DNA of 60,768 nucleotides, the filler included. It is 5 parts of 5 records of this genome, joined end to end, with 100 filler letters (N's around TTAATTAATTAA, not from the genome) between each part and the next. Parts side by side here need not be neighbours in the genome. Positions count along the whole stretch, not along the records: positions 1 to 31,073 come from DRR723986_15665; 4 more parts are not named here. The stretch is one strand, 5' to 3'. This document shows positions 1 through 9,227 of the stretch, piece by piece. The translations under genes were made by a program, and so were the position numbers. Positions within the stretch are counted from its first letter, which is position 1. Each line of letters starts with the position of its first letter. The notes beneath the pieces are model-generated. The model made no database searches, had not been told where the DNA came from, and worked only from the letters and a program-made list of their open reading frames with translations.

Positions 1-1454
1 CCCGCCGCATTGACGGTGACGTCAAACGCTGTGTTCCCAAGTGGCTGCACTGAATAGATAGGTGCATCACCCTCTTTGTCCTGGGATGTAAGAGTCACCA
101 CGACGGGCGTACCCTCTGAAGTTTCGACGGCAGGAACGTCGTTCAAGAACGGCGCGCCGTTGGCCGTATCGTTGACAACCGAAACATCGAACGTATCGCT
201 GGTACTATTGCCTTCACTGTCTGTTACCGTAACGGTAATCGTCGCAGAACCAGTTCCTGCGCCGGTCGGCCTAAGGATCACGACGCTGTTCTCAGTGTCG
301 GTGATGATGGAAGCGTCTTGAATAACGACATCGTTAGTCGGCCGATCGCCAGCACCGACCGCAGTATTGCTGATTGCCTCTCGAACCGACTCACCTTCGG
401 TTAAGATCCCGAAGACCGAGTGATTGAAATCGAGAAATCTTTGCTGCCCTTCAGTGATGAAAAACTGCGAGTCATTTGTGTCATCCGTCGACTTCGCATA
501 AGAAAGCATTCCAGTTGCATTGTGTTGCAAATCGAGGTGAAATTGGTCGTCGAAATCACCTAGAGTCGAACCACCAGAACCGGTGCCGGTCGGGTCGCCA
601 CCTTGAATAACAAAATTGTCGATGATTCTGTGAAACGTCACGCCATCATAAAAACCGTCGTTCGCCAACTGGATGACTCGTCCAGTTGGACGCGGAGCGC
701 GACTTTCGAACAATTCAAATGTCATGTCCCCGAAACCAGTCGTCAGCACTAGGCTCCGGTTGCCGCCAAGGACTTCGGCAGTCAAAAGACTTGGGTTGTC
801 GCTCGTTACAGAGACTGTCAGCGGATTGCCGTTGGGATCGTATGCATCAATCGGAACGTGCAATGGAGATCCAATCGCGACTGACCTATCGGCGATCGGC
901 TCGACGAAGGGAATTGACGACTGTGGGATCGTCGTTATGCCGGATCGAGCAGCCAAGGTTTCAATCGACTGAACGCCCGTTAGACGCGTCCCGTCAGAAA
1001 ACTCCCAGGTGGGATACTCCGTGATGCCTTCATCAATGGCAATTTGATTTGGCGACCGGTCGGGATTGGTCACCTCAATGAACGGTAGATGACTCGCACC
1101 ATCTTCAAAGAGCCGACGCTGGTCGGTGCAGAACTGACACCAAGCCGCACCGAAGAAGCGCGTTCCTGAATCGGCAATTGCCTGCGCAAGGGCGACCAAG
1201 TCGTTCGCATCTTCCCCTTCACCAACCAGCCCCGATTCGCCTTCAGCAGACGATGACATCTCGTGGCTCGGCTGATCCGAGAATGGCAGATCTCCAGCGG
1301 TGCCCAGGAGTCCTTCGAACACATCCCCAGCTAGCAACTGACGAGCTTCTAAGGGTTCTACCAGGATTCGCCGTTTTGTTTCCGTCTGAGCAGTGCTCGC
1401 AAAACGTTCTCGAATCCAACTAACCAGGCGATTTCTTTTCTGCTGACGCGTCAT
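1..1454 (-). CDS. Exported thioredoxin-like (CxxC) + cyclophilin-type PPIase multidomain protein, 3'-truncated by window edge (not in ORF track)
   Basis: Hand translation from ATG 1454: MTRQQKRNRL..RRILVEPLEARQLLAGD (planctomycete signal), FFGAAWCQFCTDQ..ITEYPTW (Trx-like), GFYDGVTFHRIIDNFVIQGGDPTGTGSGG..SQFFIT..FLDFNHSVFG (cyclophilin), then Thr/Val-rich Ig/cadherin-like sequence. Confidence 0.9.
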   Translation of the reverse strand, partial: MTRQQKRNRLVSWIRERFASTAQTETKRRILVEPLEARQLLAGDVFEGLLGTAGDLPFSDQPSHEMSSSAEGESGLVGEGEDANDLVALAQAIADSGTRFFGAAWCQFCTDQRRLFEDGASHLPFIEVTNPDRSPNQIAIDEGITEYPTWEFSDGTRLTGVQSIETLAARSGITTIPQSSIPFVEPIADRSVAIGSPLHVPIDAYDPNGNPLTVSVTSDNPSLLTAEVLGGNRSLVLTTGFGDMTFELFESRAPRPTGRVIQLANDGFYDGVTFHRIIDNFVIQGGDPTGTGSGGSTLGDFDDQFHLDLQHNATGMLSYAKSTDDTNDSQFFITEGQQRFLDFNHSVFGILTEGESVREAISNTAVGAGDRPTNDVVIQDASIITDTENSVVILRPTGAGTGSATITVTVTDSEGNSTSDTFDVSVVNDTANGAPFLNDVPAVETSEGTPVVVTLTSQDKEGDAPIYSVQPLGNTAFDVTVNAA

Positions 1455-1869
1455 CAAGTGGATCTCAAAATGCGTTGGCGGTCTACAAAAACACTACGAT
1501 GCCTATCCTTCAGCCTAACTGGATTTCCAACCTGACACCGGAACGGATTGACCCGTTTTAGATTCGTCGGCACGCAGGGCGCAGAAATTTCAACCTAAAC
1601 GGCACAATCAGAACACCTTTCCTTAGCCGCAAGGTTATCCCGTTCCTTCGGGGGAATGGCTGGCAGGCCCGTCGTCGAGCCACGCTAGCTTTCCCCAATT
1701 GATATGGTGGGAATGCCACAACGAAGCGCAACTCATGACTGTAAGACTTTGCAGAACTCTCGTAAGTTCCACATCATCTACAAATCAAGTGCGCAGCGGC
1801 CAGGTGCAGAGTGCGTGTCCGCCAAAAGAGGGGCAACTGCCCGAGCGGGAAGATTTCTGGAACGTCTTT

Positions 1870-2376
1870 TTACTCGTCTGGCGCGGCTAAATCATCTTCA
1901 TTGAGCATGCGGATTCCCTGCTTGTCGAGAACCTCCATCGCCAATTCCGTGTTATCAACCATGATGGCGACTGCTGGACGGTCCCCGCGGTAGGTAAGCA
2001 GCGGGTAGGTCTGCACGATATTGACTTCCGCCTGTAGCAGGGCCGAACAGACATGAATAAGTGGCTGTGAACTACTGGGCAGCTCCACGCCGATCAGGTC
2101 ACTTTCGATCATCGCTAACCCAGCCCGCTCGAGAATCTCTCTGCCCCGCTCGGGATCACTCAGCAGGAATCGCACGAACGCGCACTCGGCAGAATCACTG
2201 ATTGAGAGTGCGACAATTCGAATTCCGGTGCCCTCGAATCGCTTCACAACTTCGAGAAGCTGCCCGACGCGATTCTCCAGGAACACTGTAAATTGGCGAA
2301 TTGTTGGCCAGTCTCGACCTCTGGCAGTCAAGTAATCGGTCACGGCCCCAGCCCCAGAACCTTCGCCAACACTCAT
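1870..2376 (-). CDS. Tandem ACT-domain protein
   Basis: IRQFTVFLENRVGQL..GIRIVALSI ACT signature; second ACT repeat LLQAEVNIVQTYP. Confidence 0.8.
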   Translation of the reverse strand: MSVGEGSGAGAVTDYLTARGRDWPTIRQFTVFLENRVGQLLEVVKRFEGTGIRIVALSISDSAECAFVRFLLSDPERGREILERAGLAMIESDLIGVELPSSSQPLIHVCSALLQAEVNIVQTYPLLTYRGDRPAVAIMVDNTELAMEVLDKQGIRMLNEDDLAAPDE

Positions 2377-2670
2377 CGCGATACCCTTCGCTAAACATCA
2401 ACCGACTCAGAACCGCTTCTGCGACACCATAGACATCGACAGCAGCACAAGCCAAAGACAAGGGAAACCCCTAATGCTAGCACCATTCTACTAGCACAAG
2501 CCTAGTATCCCAACGGTATCCACAGAACGGCAGAACCACTTAGTCTCGTTTTCAGCGAACCATTGATGCATGCGTCACAAAACGCTGCTTACCTACTACC
2601 GAAAACGCATCCATCGTGAGATAAGAAACGTAAACGAACCAACCATCATTCCATAAATACGGAAACGATC

Positions 2671-3165
2671 ATGAATTCGCAGTGGCAAACAATGACGCGT
2701 CTATTTGACCTAATGCGATCGATGGCGGCTAACTTGGCGGAGGGCATCCCGGACGAACACTTCAATGTTGCGCGTGGCGGTAGCAATAGCCCCAAGTGGA
2801 TCACTGGGCACTTGGCTCTAGGAATGGACTTCGGGCTAAGCACGCTCGGGGAACCCACGGCCAAGATCCCAACCATGATGCCGCTCTATGGCCCTGGCAG
2901 CCCGGGCGGCGTGGTTGACGACGACTACAGCAAAGAAGACTTGGTCGAACACATGCGGACAGTGGGTGAGCAATTGAAGGCCAAGGTAGCGAAGGCGACA
3001 ACCGAGCAACTGGAACGGCCAAACGAAACGCTTTTCTTGCGAGAACAACTCCCTACTGCGGGCGATCTGCTTGGCCATGTCTACACCACTCACATTGCCC
3101 TGCACAGCGGCCAGCTTTCCCAAATTCGCCGCGAGCTCGGACTACCGAGTCTCTATCAATTCTAA
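2671..3165 (+). CDS. DinB family protein
   Basis: NSPKWITGHLA and HIALHSGQLSQIRRELG metal-binding His motifs. Confidence 0.85.
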   Translation: MNSQWQTMTRLFDLMRSMAANLAEGIPDEHFNVARGGSNSPKWITGHLALGMDFGLSTLGEPTAKIPTMMPLYGPGSPGGVVDDDYSKEDLVEHMRTVGEQLKAKVAKATTEQLERPNETLFLREQLPTAGDLLGHVYTTHIALHSGQLSQIRRELGLPSLYQF

Positions 3166-3499
3166 CACCGGAGTTTCGCCCAGAGCAGAATAGATCAAGA
3201 ACACCGATGCAAGTCTGACGGCCTTTACTCCGACGCAAGTTCAACCAAGGCTTTATCTCCCCCGAAGTTCGTCCAACCGAAGCAAACTGGCACGTTGTCC
3301 AACTTGCTTCGGTATGTTCCCGGCCTCAGCTGTCAATCTCGTACTTCAGGTCGGATTCTAACTTGCTCATGATCTGCTTGGCGACGTCTTCACCATCCAC
3401 ATCGCTCTCAGCGGCCAACTCTCCGAAATTCACCACGAGCTCGTGAATCCATTTCTCGCAATTCACAGCGGCGCTCAGGCCCAACCAGTGAGATGGAAT

Positions 3500-4096
3500 T
3501 CAATAGAGCTTCGGCAAATCACCGTCCAGAGCTCGCGCAAAGTAGCCTTCGGCAATTCCTTCCGGACGAGAGTTGCCGCCGGGAGGCCGAAGTTTGCGCA
3601 GGTCTGGAAGATCATCCGGGAATCCCAGCAATAGTTGCAACAAATCCGGATTGCTAGACATTGCTAATTCACAAACCTCGATCCACATTCTCCGCCACTT
3701 CGTCATGCGAGGTGAATCCAGATCGAGAACGTAGATCATACGCTCCGTTGCGGAATCGGTTGTCAAAAGGCTGCCATCATCAAGCACTTCGACCTTTTCG
3801 CCCACTAGAGTCGTCATCGGATCATCGATAGCCTGCGCACACTTGACTCCGTTGCAACGACTGCACGCGTAGTAAAGGTTCACATATTCCAATGATCGAT
3901 CAGGATGAAGACTTCGCGGTTTCAGATGATCCAGGTCATACTCGTGGTCAACCTGGCTCCACCGTTCGCGCCTCAAGCAATAGACGCAACGAAAACAAAA
4001 CTCATCACGAATCCACGGACGGTATCGTCCATAGGTCGCATAGCCTGCTGGTCCGTGGCGACGCTTGTTTCGCAATTCAGGGTATCTGAAAATCAA
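3500..4096 (-). CDS. HNH endonuclease
   Basis: RCVYC..DLDHLKP..NLYYACSRCNGVK: zinc-binding CxxC pairs with H-N-N core. Confidence 0.9.
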   Translation of the reverse strand: MIFRYPELRNKRRHGPAGYATYGRYRPWIRDEFCFRCVYCLRRERWSQVDHEYDLDHLKPRSLHPDRSLEYVNLYYACSRCNGVKCAQAIDDPMTTLVGEKVEVLDDGSLLTTDSATERMIYVLDLDSPRMTKWRRMWIEVCELAMSSNPDLLQLLLGFPDDLPDLRKLRPPGGNSRPEGIAEGYFARALDGDLPKLY

Positions 4097-4581
4097 CTGT
4101 GCTTGCCCGATTGTCTTGCGGCGTCGATCAACTTGTCGCGTAGGCCGCGGATATTCGCAAGCGGAACTAGCTCCTCCGTATCGTATTTCGCTCGGAGTTG
4201 CTCAGTGAGTTGGGCCAGCTCAAGCTGTTCGCCAGGAAGTAGCTTGGTTTCGATGGACTTGTCGATCAGCTCGACCCTACGCCTGTTCTTCTCGACCGTC
4301 CAGGGTCCTGTGTCGACGGGAACTAACTGGTGCGTCTGCGATTGAAGCAACTGGATGAGCTCATCTTTTGACGCTCCAGATTCTGCAAGAGTAGTGACGA
4401 AAGCCAAAGTTATCGATTGGCGAAGTGATTTATGGTCGCCATCGTGATCCACCTGCGCGTGGACCGTGGTGAACTCAAGGGCGAAGTGCTTTAGAAAAGT
4501 CTCGAACCATTCGGCACTTGCGTCGCTGGCTGAAGCACCGGTGATACTGTCGTCATTCTTAGGCCGCGCGTCGTTGCTCAT
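4093..4581 (-). CDS. Hypothetical protein, antitoxin-like helical C-terminus, translationally coupled to the HNH gene
   Basis: Probable ATG at 4581 overlaps upstream ORF; ATGA overlap with HNH at 4093-4096; WTVEKNRRRVELIDK..LLPGEQLELAQL motif. Confidence 0.7.
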   Translation of the reverse strand: MSNDARPKNDDSITGASASDASAEWFETFLKHFALEFTTVHAQVDHDGDHKSLRQSITLAFVTTLAESGASKDELIQLLQSQTHQLVPVDTGPWTVEKNRRRVELIDKSIETKLLPGEQLELAQLTEQLRAKYDTEELVPLANIRGLRDKLIDAARQSGKHS

Positions 4582-4789
4582 GAGATTCTTCGACCTGCGT
4601 TTGCTCAAACTGTTTGAGGAGATCGATTGCTGCCGGAAGAGCCTTTCGAAAGTGCTCAATCTCGATTCGTTCGGATTCCGCACCTATTTCTTGAGCCGTT
4701 TCTCGAAGCGTCCTAGAAAACAAATGCTGCCATTCGGCCACCATTTGGAGTGCTTCGACCGCAATCCGCTTCGACTTTCCGTCAGCCAT
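4559..4789 (-). CDS. Small 76-aa helical protein, possible partial histone fold
   Basis: GGAGG RBS 5 nt before ATG 4789; overlaps next gene by 23 nt; fold assignment is inference only. Confidence 0.7.
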   Translation of the reverse strand: MADGKSKRIAVEALQMVAEWQHLFSRTLRETAQEIGAESERIEIEHFRKALPAAIDLLKQFEQTQVEESHEQRRAA

Positions 4790-5233
4790 CACAACCTCCA
4801 TGAATCGTTTTCAGGCTTCCTGTCGTCGGCTCAAAAAAACCAACAGCACAAGACTATCGCAACGTTGAACCAATGAATCAAGTAGATTCTGGGGAAATGA
4901 GCAGGCTGGGAAGCCTAGCAATGCAAACTGCCGATCGTTTTACGGCGGAGCTGGGGAATTCCACCAGACGGGGCCTACGCTTCAAACCGCCCTCGTTGAA
5001 ATAGCCCCACATTGCTGAACCAAGAACTCTTGTCATGGCTAAGTTGCTTGGCGCTCTGGCCCAATCCAGAACGCAAATTCTAAGTTGACCGATGAGATTT
5101 ACGCCCACGCCATAAATGCTGGACAGCTCCCAAACTTGCAAAGATCGGGATGATCCCTAAACGACCAGACAAGAGGCAAGTTTCGTAGCTTGCTTTCCGA
5201 CCTTGTACGGGTGGCCGAAGAGCTACAGTGGGG

Positions 5234-5770
5234 TTAACTGGTGGTAGTGATGTCGGCGTACATCTCAGAGAATGGAACCCAGGTGTCTTTTTGATCCCAA
5301 GCTGTGTTGAGCCGGGCGATGTTGAGGGTTATCTGCAATTGCTTAAGCGCTGTATCAAACTGACTCTTGGTGCATCCCAGTGATTCGACCGCAAGCTTGC
5401 GTGCCACGGTCGTGGTGGGCGATTCGCGGCGAACAATCTCAAAGACCTCCTTCGCCAGTTCACTGCACTGTGCTAACTCGCGGTGGTTCTCGCCATAATG
5501 CTCCTGGCGAAGGTAGTCGATCGTCATCAACACCGCATGACCACCTCGCATCTTGCCGTAGAAGATTGACTCCGGATAAACCGACGGCAACTCATTCTTC
5601 CAACGCCAGACGGCTTCTACTCGCGCTCCCCACTTCGTTTCACCGCCACCATCCTCAGGGAGATCAACGTTATCCCACAGCGACGCAACTCCCTTGGCCT
5701 TGGCGCTAAAGATAGTGCAGATCTGAACCTTTTCGACAAACCGTTTTGCCTGAGCGAGAGTTTTGACCAT
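5234..5770 (-). CDS. Hypothetical protein, AlkZ-related/winged-helix-like
   Basis: SLW..WRWKNELP..IFYGK..FDTALKQLQ pattern; family tentative. Confidence 0.6.
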   Translation of the reverse strand: MVKTLAQAKRFVEKVQICTIFSAKAKGVASLWDNVDLPEDGGGETKWGARVEAVWRWKNELPSVYPESIFYGKMRGGHAVLMTIDYLRQEHYGENHRELAQCSELAKEVFEIVRRESPTTTVARKLAVESLGCTKSQFDTALKQLQITLNIARLNTAWDQKDTWVPFSEMYADITTTS

Positions 5771-5845
5771 TGCTGAACAACCACTGCACCCGAAAGAACC
5801 GAGAATTCTCGGTGACGCTGACCTATCTGCGACCTTGACCGACGG

Positions 5846-6421
5846 CTAGTCTGAATCGACGCTGGCCAGCATCTTGCTAAGGAGATCCATTGGTAGGCCG
5901 ACGACATTGTCCGCTGTCCCTTGGGTCAGCTTGAGCCAAGGATGCCCATCTTGGTACCCAAACGCACCGCTCTTGCCCATCCAATCTTCGCTGTCCAAGT
6001 ACTCTTCGATTTGCTCTTCAGTAAGCTTTGCCATCTGAAGCGTGCTCTTCTCCACCTGGACGTCAGGCTCCCCACCAGGGACAGACCAAACGCACAGACC
6101 GCTGTACACCGCGTGCTCTCGACCAGACAGCAGGCGTATCATCTCTTCGGCGTGACGACGATCTTCAGGCTTGCCGAGTACTCTGCCCATGATGTCAGCA
6201 ACGGTATCGCATGCGACAATGACGGCTTCACCTTCAACCCGCTGCAAGACGTCCTTCGCCTTCTGATACGCAAGCCGAGCTACCAGCTCCGGTGTGGTCT
6301 CGCGTGTACAAATCCCACACTCGGCGGTTTCGCTCGGCAAGACTACCTCAAACGCGTAGCCCGCTTCCTTCATCAACTGGTGACGGCGCGGCGACTGACT
6401 CGCAAGTACAATGCGTTTCAT
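5846..6421 (-). CDS. maf: Maf family nucleoside triphosphate pyrophosphatase
   Basis: IVLASQSPRR, KA, CDT, LGKP, GKSGAFGYQ, NVVGLP motifs. Confidence 0.95.
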   Translation of the reverse strand: MKRIVLASQSPRRHQLMKEAGYAFEVVLPSETAECGICTRETTPELVARLAYQKAKDVLQRVEGEAVIVACDTVADIMGRVLGKPEDRRHAEEMIRLLSGREHAVYSGLCVWSVPGGEPDVQVEKSTLQMAKLTEEQIEEYLDSEDWMGKSGAFGYQDGHPWLKLTQGTADNVVGLPMDLLSKMLASVDSD

Positions 6422-7500
6422 CAGTAAGGCCCTGAACCTGGGGAAGAATCTGGGTGATCAAATCCACCTCCACCGTCACCGGGAGAGCTACCCGGAGGAC
6501 CGCCCGGTGGATTTGGGCGATTCGGTGGACGCCCCTGAGGGCCCAGACGTCGCTGCATCTGATCCCAAGTGCCGCGAAGACTGTCGAGCAGCCGTGGGAC
6601 CTGCCCAGCGGCCAAGAAAACGCGTGCGCTCACTGCTGAGTTGGGGTAGAAATTTGTGATGAAGTCAAAAGAGAACTCGTGTGGTCCGTGCCCAATCATG
6701 ACGGCATTTGCATACGCCCCGCTAAGGACTTCGTCGCGAATCTTCAAATCGTCGTAAACTTCCTGTGCCATGGCCTGACGAGTACCGGGCCCCAAATGTG
6801 AATCACTCTGCCGAGCTGCTCCAGAGCCATCAACCGGCGGTTGCCCGGCCCCACTTGGTGATTGCCCAACTGGCGGTTGTCCACCTGCTGGCCCCGCCCC
6901 AGGTGCTCCTGGATGATTCGGAGACCTTCCTCCTGGCTGGGCACGTTCATTGCCAACATCGCCGCCGGATTCTGTTTGTCCCTGCCCGCCGCTTGCCTGA
7001 GCGCCCTGCGACGTATCTCCACCGGCTTTGGATTCTGGTCCTTTGGTAGAGTCGCCTTGTTCTGTTTTCGCTTCGGGCGGCTCATTCTCGGCCGTCCCGT
7101 CCTCAGCCAGGCCGGCATATTGCACGCCCCAACCAGCATCAGCGGCAGGATTCCCTTGGGGCGGCGCTGCTCCAGCAGGTCCACCGCCAGAACCGTCATC
7201 GCGAACCTGCCCCCCTGGTGTGGGCGTCATGGGCAACTCGCCCCATCGTTGCCGATACAATTCAATGTTTCGCTGCAGCGCGTCGATCAACTGCGGCAGT
7301 ACCGGATGCGGCATGACGACCCGCGAAACAACTTGGTGTGGCCGACCTAGGTTCTGGACAAAATCGAGAACAAACTCGGTCTGGGCGGTCATGATGATCA
7401 CGCCTGTGCTGAACGCACCACCGGCTACGTGATCTGGCACGCGGGCCCGCAGCGGTTGCTCTTCGGGGGCCGGTCGGTCGTCGGCTGAAAAGGGGTCCAT
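6421..7500 (-). CDS. Protein with two DUF3467-like domains joined by a G/P/A/Q-rich linker
   Basis: GAFSTGVIIMTAQTEFVLDF..VVSRVVM and GAYANAVMIGHGPHEFSFDF..VSARVFL; stop overlaps maf start. Confidence 0.75.
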   Translation of the reverse strand: MDPFSADDRPAPEEQPLRARVPDHVAGGAFSTGVIIMTAQTEFVLDFVQNLGRPHQVVSRVVMPHPVLPQLIDALQRNIELYRQRWGELPMTPTPGGQVRDDGSGGGPAGAAPPQGNPAADAGWGVQYAGLAEDGTAENEPPEAKTEQGDSTKGPESKAGGDTSQGAQASGGQGQTESGGDVGNERAQPGGRSPNHPGAPGAGPAGGQPPVGQSPSGAGQPPVDGSGAARQSDSHLGPGTRQAMAQEVYDDLKIRDEVLSGAYANAVMIGHGPHEFSFDFITNFYPNSAVSARVFLAAGQVPRLLDSLRGTWDQMQRRLGPQGRPPNRPNPPGGPPGSSPGDGGGGFDHPDSSPGSGPY

Positions 7501-7538
7501 TCATCAAGCTCCATCTTTAATCAAATTTTCCGGCCAAC

Positions 7539-9227
7539 TCAGTCAGCAAACGGATCAGGGATCTCGCATTCCGGTACGTCAGCACCGTCTTCGTCCGCGA
7601 CTCGCGGCGGCGCACCAACGCGCACCAGCATAATATCGCGGGTACACATCGCGAGATTCAAACCAAAGACCATGATGGCGGAAAGGGTCAGTAGCACAAG
7701 TGGCCCACCTGTGACCTCGTCAAGTCTCGCGTCCGCAATCAATCCGACGGTCCAAAAGATATTGAAAGTCTGATGCATTCCATACTCAGGATCACGATAG
7801 TCGTTCATGTGGTAGACGACCAGGACCGGAATCAGTTGGACCATCAGCAGCAGAACAGCCAACATCGCAAACGAGCCGATCATTCGTCCGGCAAGATCTT
7901 TGGGTAGCATCAGCATGAACAGCCGATTGACTCCCAAGTACACGATCAGATAACAGGCCAGGAAGTAACCAACAACGGCAACGGTAAACTGCCCTACGAA
8001 GTGACCCATGGTCGAACTGAAGACCATTTCGAACCCGCTGCAGGTGAGCGCGCACGCGCCGAAAAGACAGACGATAAAGATGTAACCCAGACCGGCACCA
8101 GGATACAGGAACGTCTTGAAGACGCGTCCAAAGAATGTCTCTGGCAGAGTCCGCTGTGCTCGAGGCGATATGACTCCCAATTCACCACAGACGAGCGCTC
8201 CAATGAACATCAAGAGGATGAACATGAACACCAAGAAAGGAAATAGCATTCCGACCTCACCCGCTGCGGCCGCCCCCAAAATCATCCAGAACACCGTCAG
8301 GGTGACAAGGGCCAGCAAGCGAACTCGAATTGGCGTGGAGCTATTCTCACTTGCAAAATCAATTGCCGCAGCCGCGGCTCTCAGCACGAGCGATATTAAA
8401 ACGCCAACAACTGTCAAAACACCAAAGATCACCAAATAGACTTCGTTGGGAGGATTTGCAAGCTCGGCACTGGCGTTTGCGAGAAGGCCAATCATGGATG
8501 AAGCCCAAGAGAAAAAACCCAAAATCAGGCCAGCCAAGACGAGAACGCTCACGCCATTCTGGATCATTCTTGATCGGCTAATGCTTGCCAGGCACAACGC
8601 GACCGCGGTTTCAGCGATCGAGAAGATCACGGTCGCGCCAAGTATGAGCAAAATAACAAACAACCCGACGCCTCGGAGCAAATAGGTCAGCACAATGCAC
8701 GGCGCCAGTGCGGAAAGATAGAGCATGATTTGAACGCACGCTGATGCCATCTTTCCGTAGATGATCTGATTAGCGCTCAGGGCCGAAATACTCAGCAGTT
8801 CGAACGTGCCGTCCTCCGTTTCACTCGTCAGAGAGCGAAACGCACTGAAGGGAACAATGACCATCAACGGGAGCGTCAGGATACAGAAAAACCCAGTCAG
8901 CAACGGCAGCCCACCGGGAACGTAGTACAGTCGCGGTACCATCAAAGACACCGCGATAAGCGTCCATGCAATTGCTGCGATGAGGGTCAGACCGAAGCTA
9001 ATCGTAAACTGGCGACTCTTGAGCGATTGACGAATTTCCTTCACAACGATCGGATTCGATTTTTCGCCAAGCCAAGTCCACCAAGCATCCCACTTATCAA
9101 CCGGATCTTTAGCAATGCGGTTTGTTTCGGGCTGTTCGGTATTGCCAGCCCCCATTCCGTTGCCAGCCCCCATTCCTACGGTAGCGTCCAACGTACTGCC
9201 ACCTGCCTCCAAGTCAGCGTTGCTCAT
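7539..9227 (-). CDS. ABC transporter permease (ABC-2 type)
   Basis: NPIVVKEIRQSLK, ETEDGTFELLSISALSANQIIYGK; many TM segments; coupled to ATPase gene. Confidence 0.85.
   Translation of the reverse strand: MSNADLEAGGSTLDATVGMGAGNGMGAGNTEQPETNRIAKDPVDKWDAWWTWLGEKSNPIVVKEIRQSLKSRQFTISFGLTLIAAIAWTLIAVSLMVPRLYYVPGGLPLLTGFFCILTLPLMVIVPFSAFRSLTSETEDGTFELLSISALSANQIIYGKMASACVQIMLYLSALAPCIVLTYLLRGVGLFVILLILGATVIFSIAETAVALCLASISRSRMIQNGVSVLVLAGLILGFFSWASSMIGLLANASAELANPPNEVYLVIFGVLTVVGVLISLVLRAAAAAIDFASENSSTPIRVRLLALVTLTVFWMILGAAAAGEVGMLFPFLVFMFILLMFIGALVCGELGVISPRAQRTLPETFFGRVFKTFLYPGAGLGYIFIVCLFGACALTCSGFEMVFSSTMGHFVGQFTVAVVGYFLACYLIVYLGVNRLFMLMLPKDLAGRMIGSFAMLAVLLLMVQLIPVLVVYHMNDYRDPEYGMHQTFNIFWTVGLIADARLDEVTGGPLVLLTLSAIMVFGLNLAMCTRDIMLVRVGAPPRVADEDGADVPECEIPDPFAD

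Noticed and set aside
76-1423. Short ORFs listed in the track for 76-1423
   Set aside because: All overlap the real minus-strand Trx-cyclophilin gene
2444-2502. AGCACAAGCC direct repeat in the ACT/DinB intergenic region
   Set aside because: Only 10 bp, two copies, no other support
3500-4096. HNH as part of Septu, a retron, restriction-modification or Cas9/IscB
   Set aside because: No AAA ATPase, reverse transcriptase, methyltransferase, RuvC motifs or array nearby
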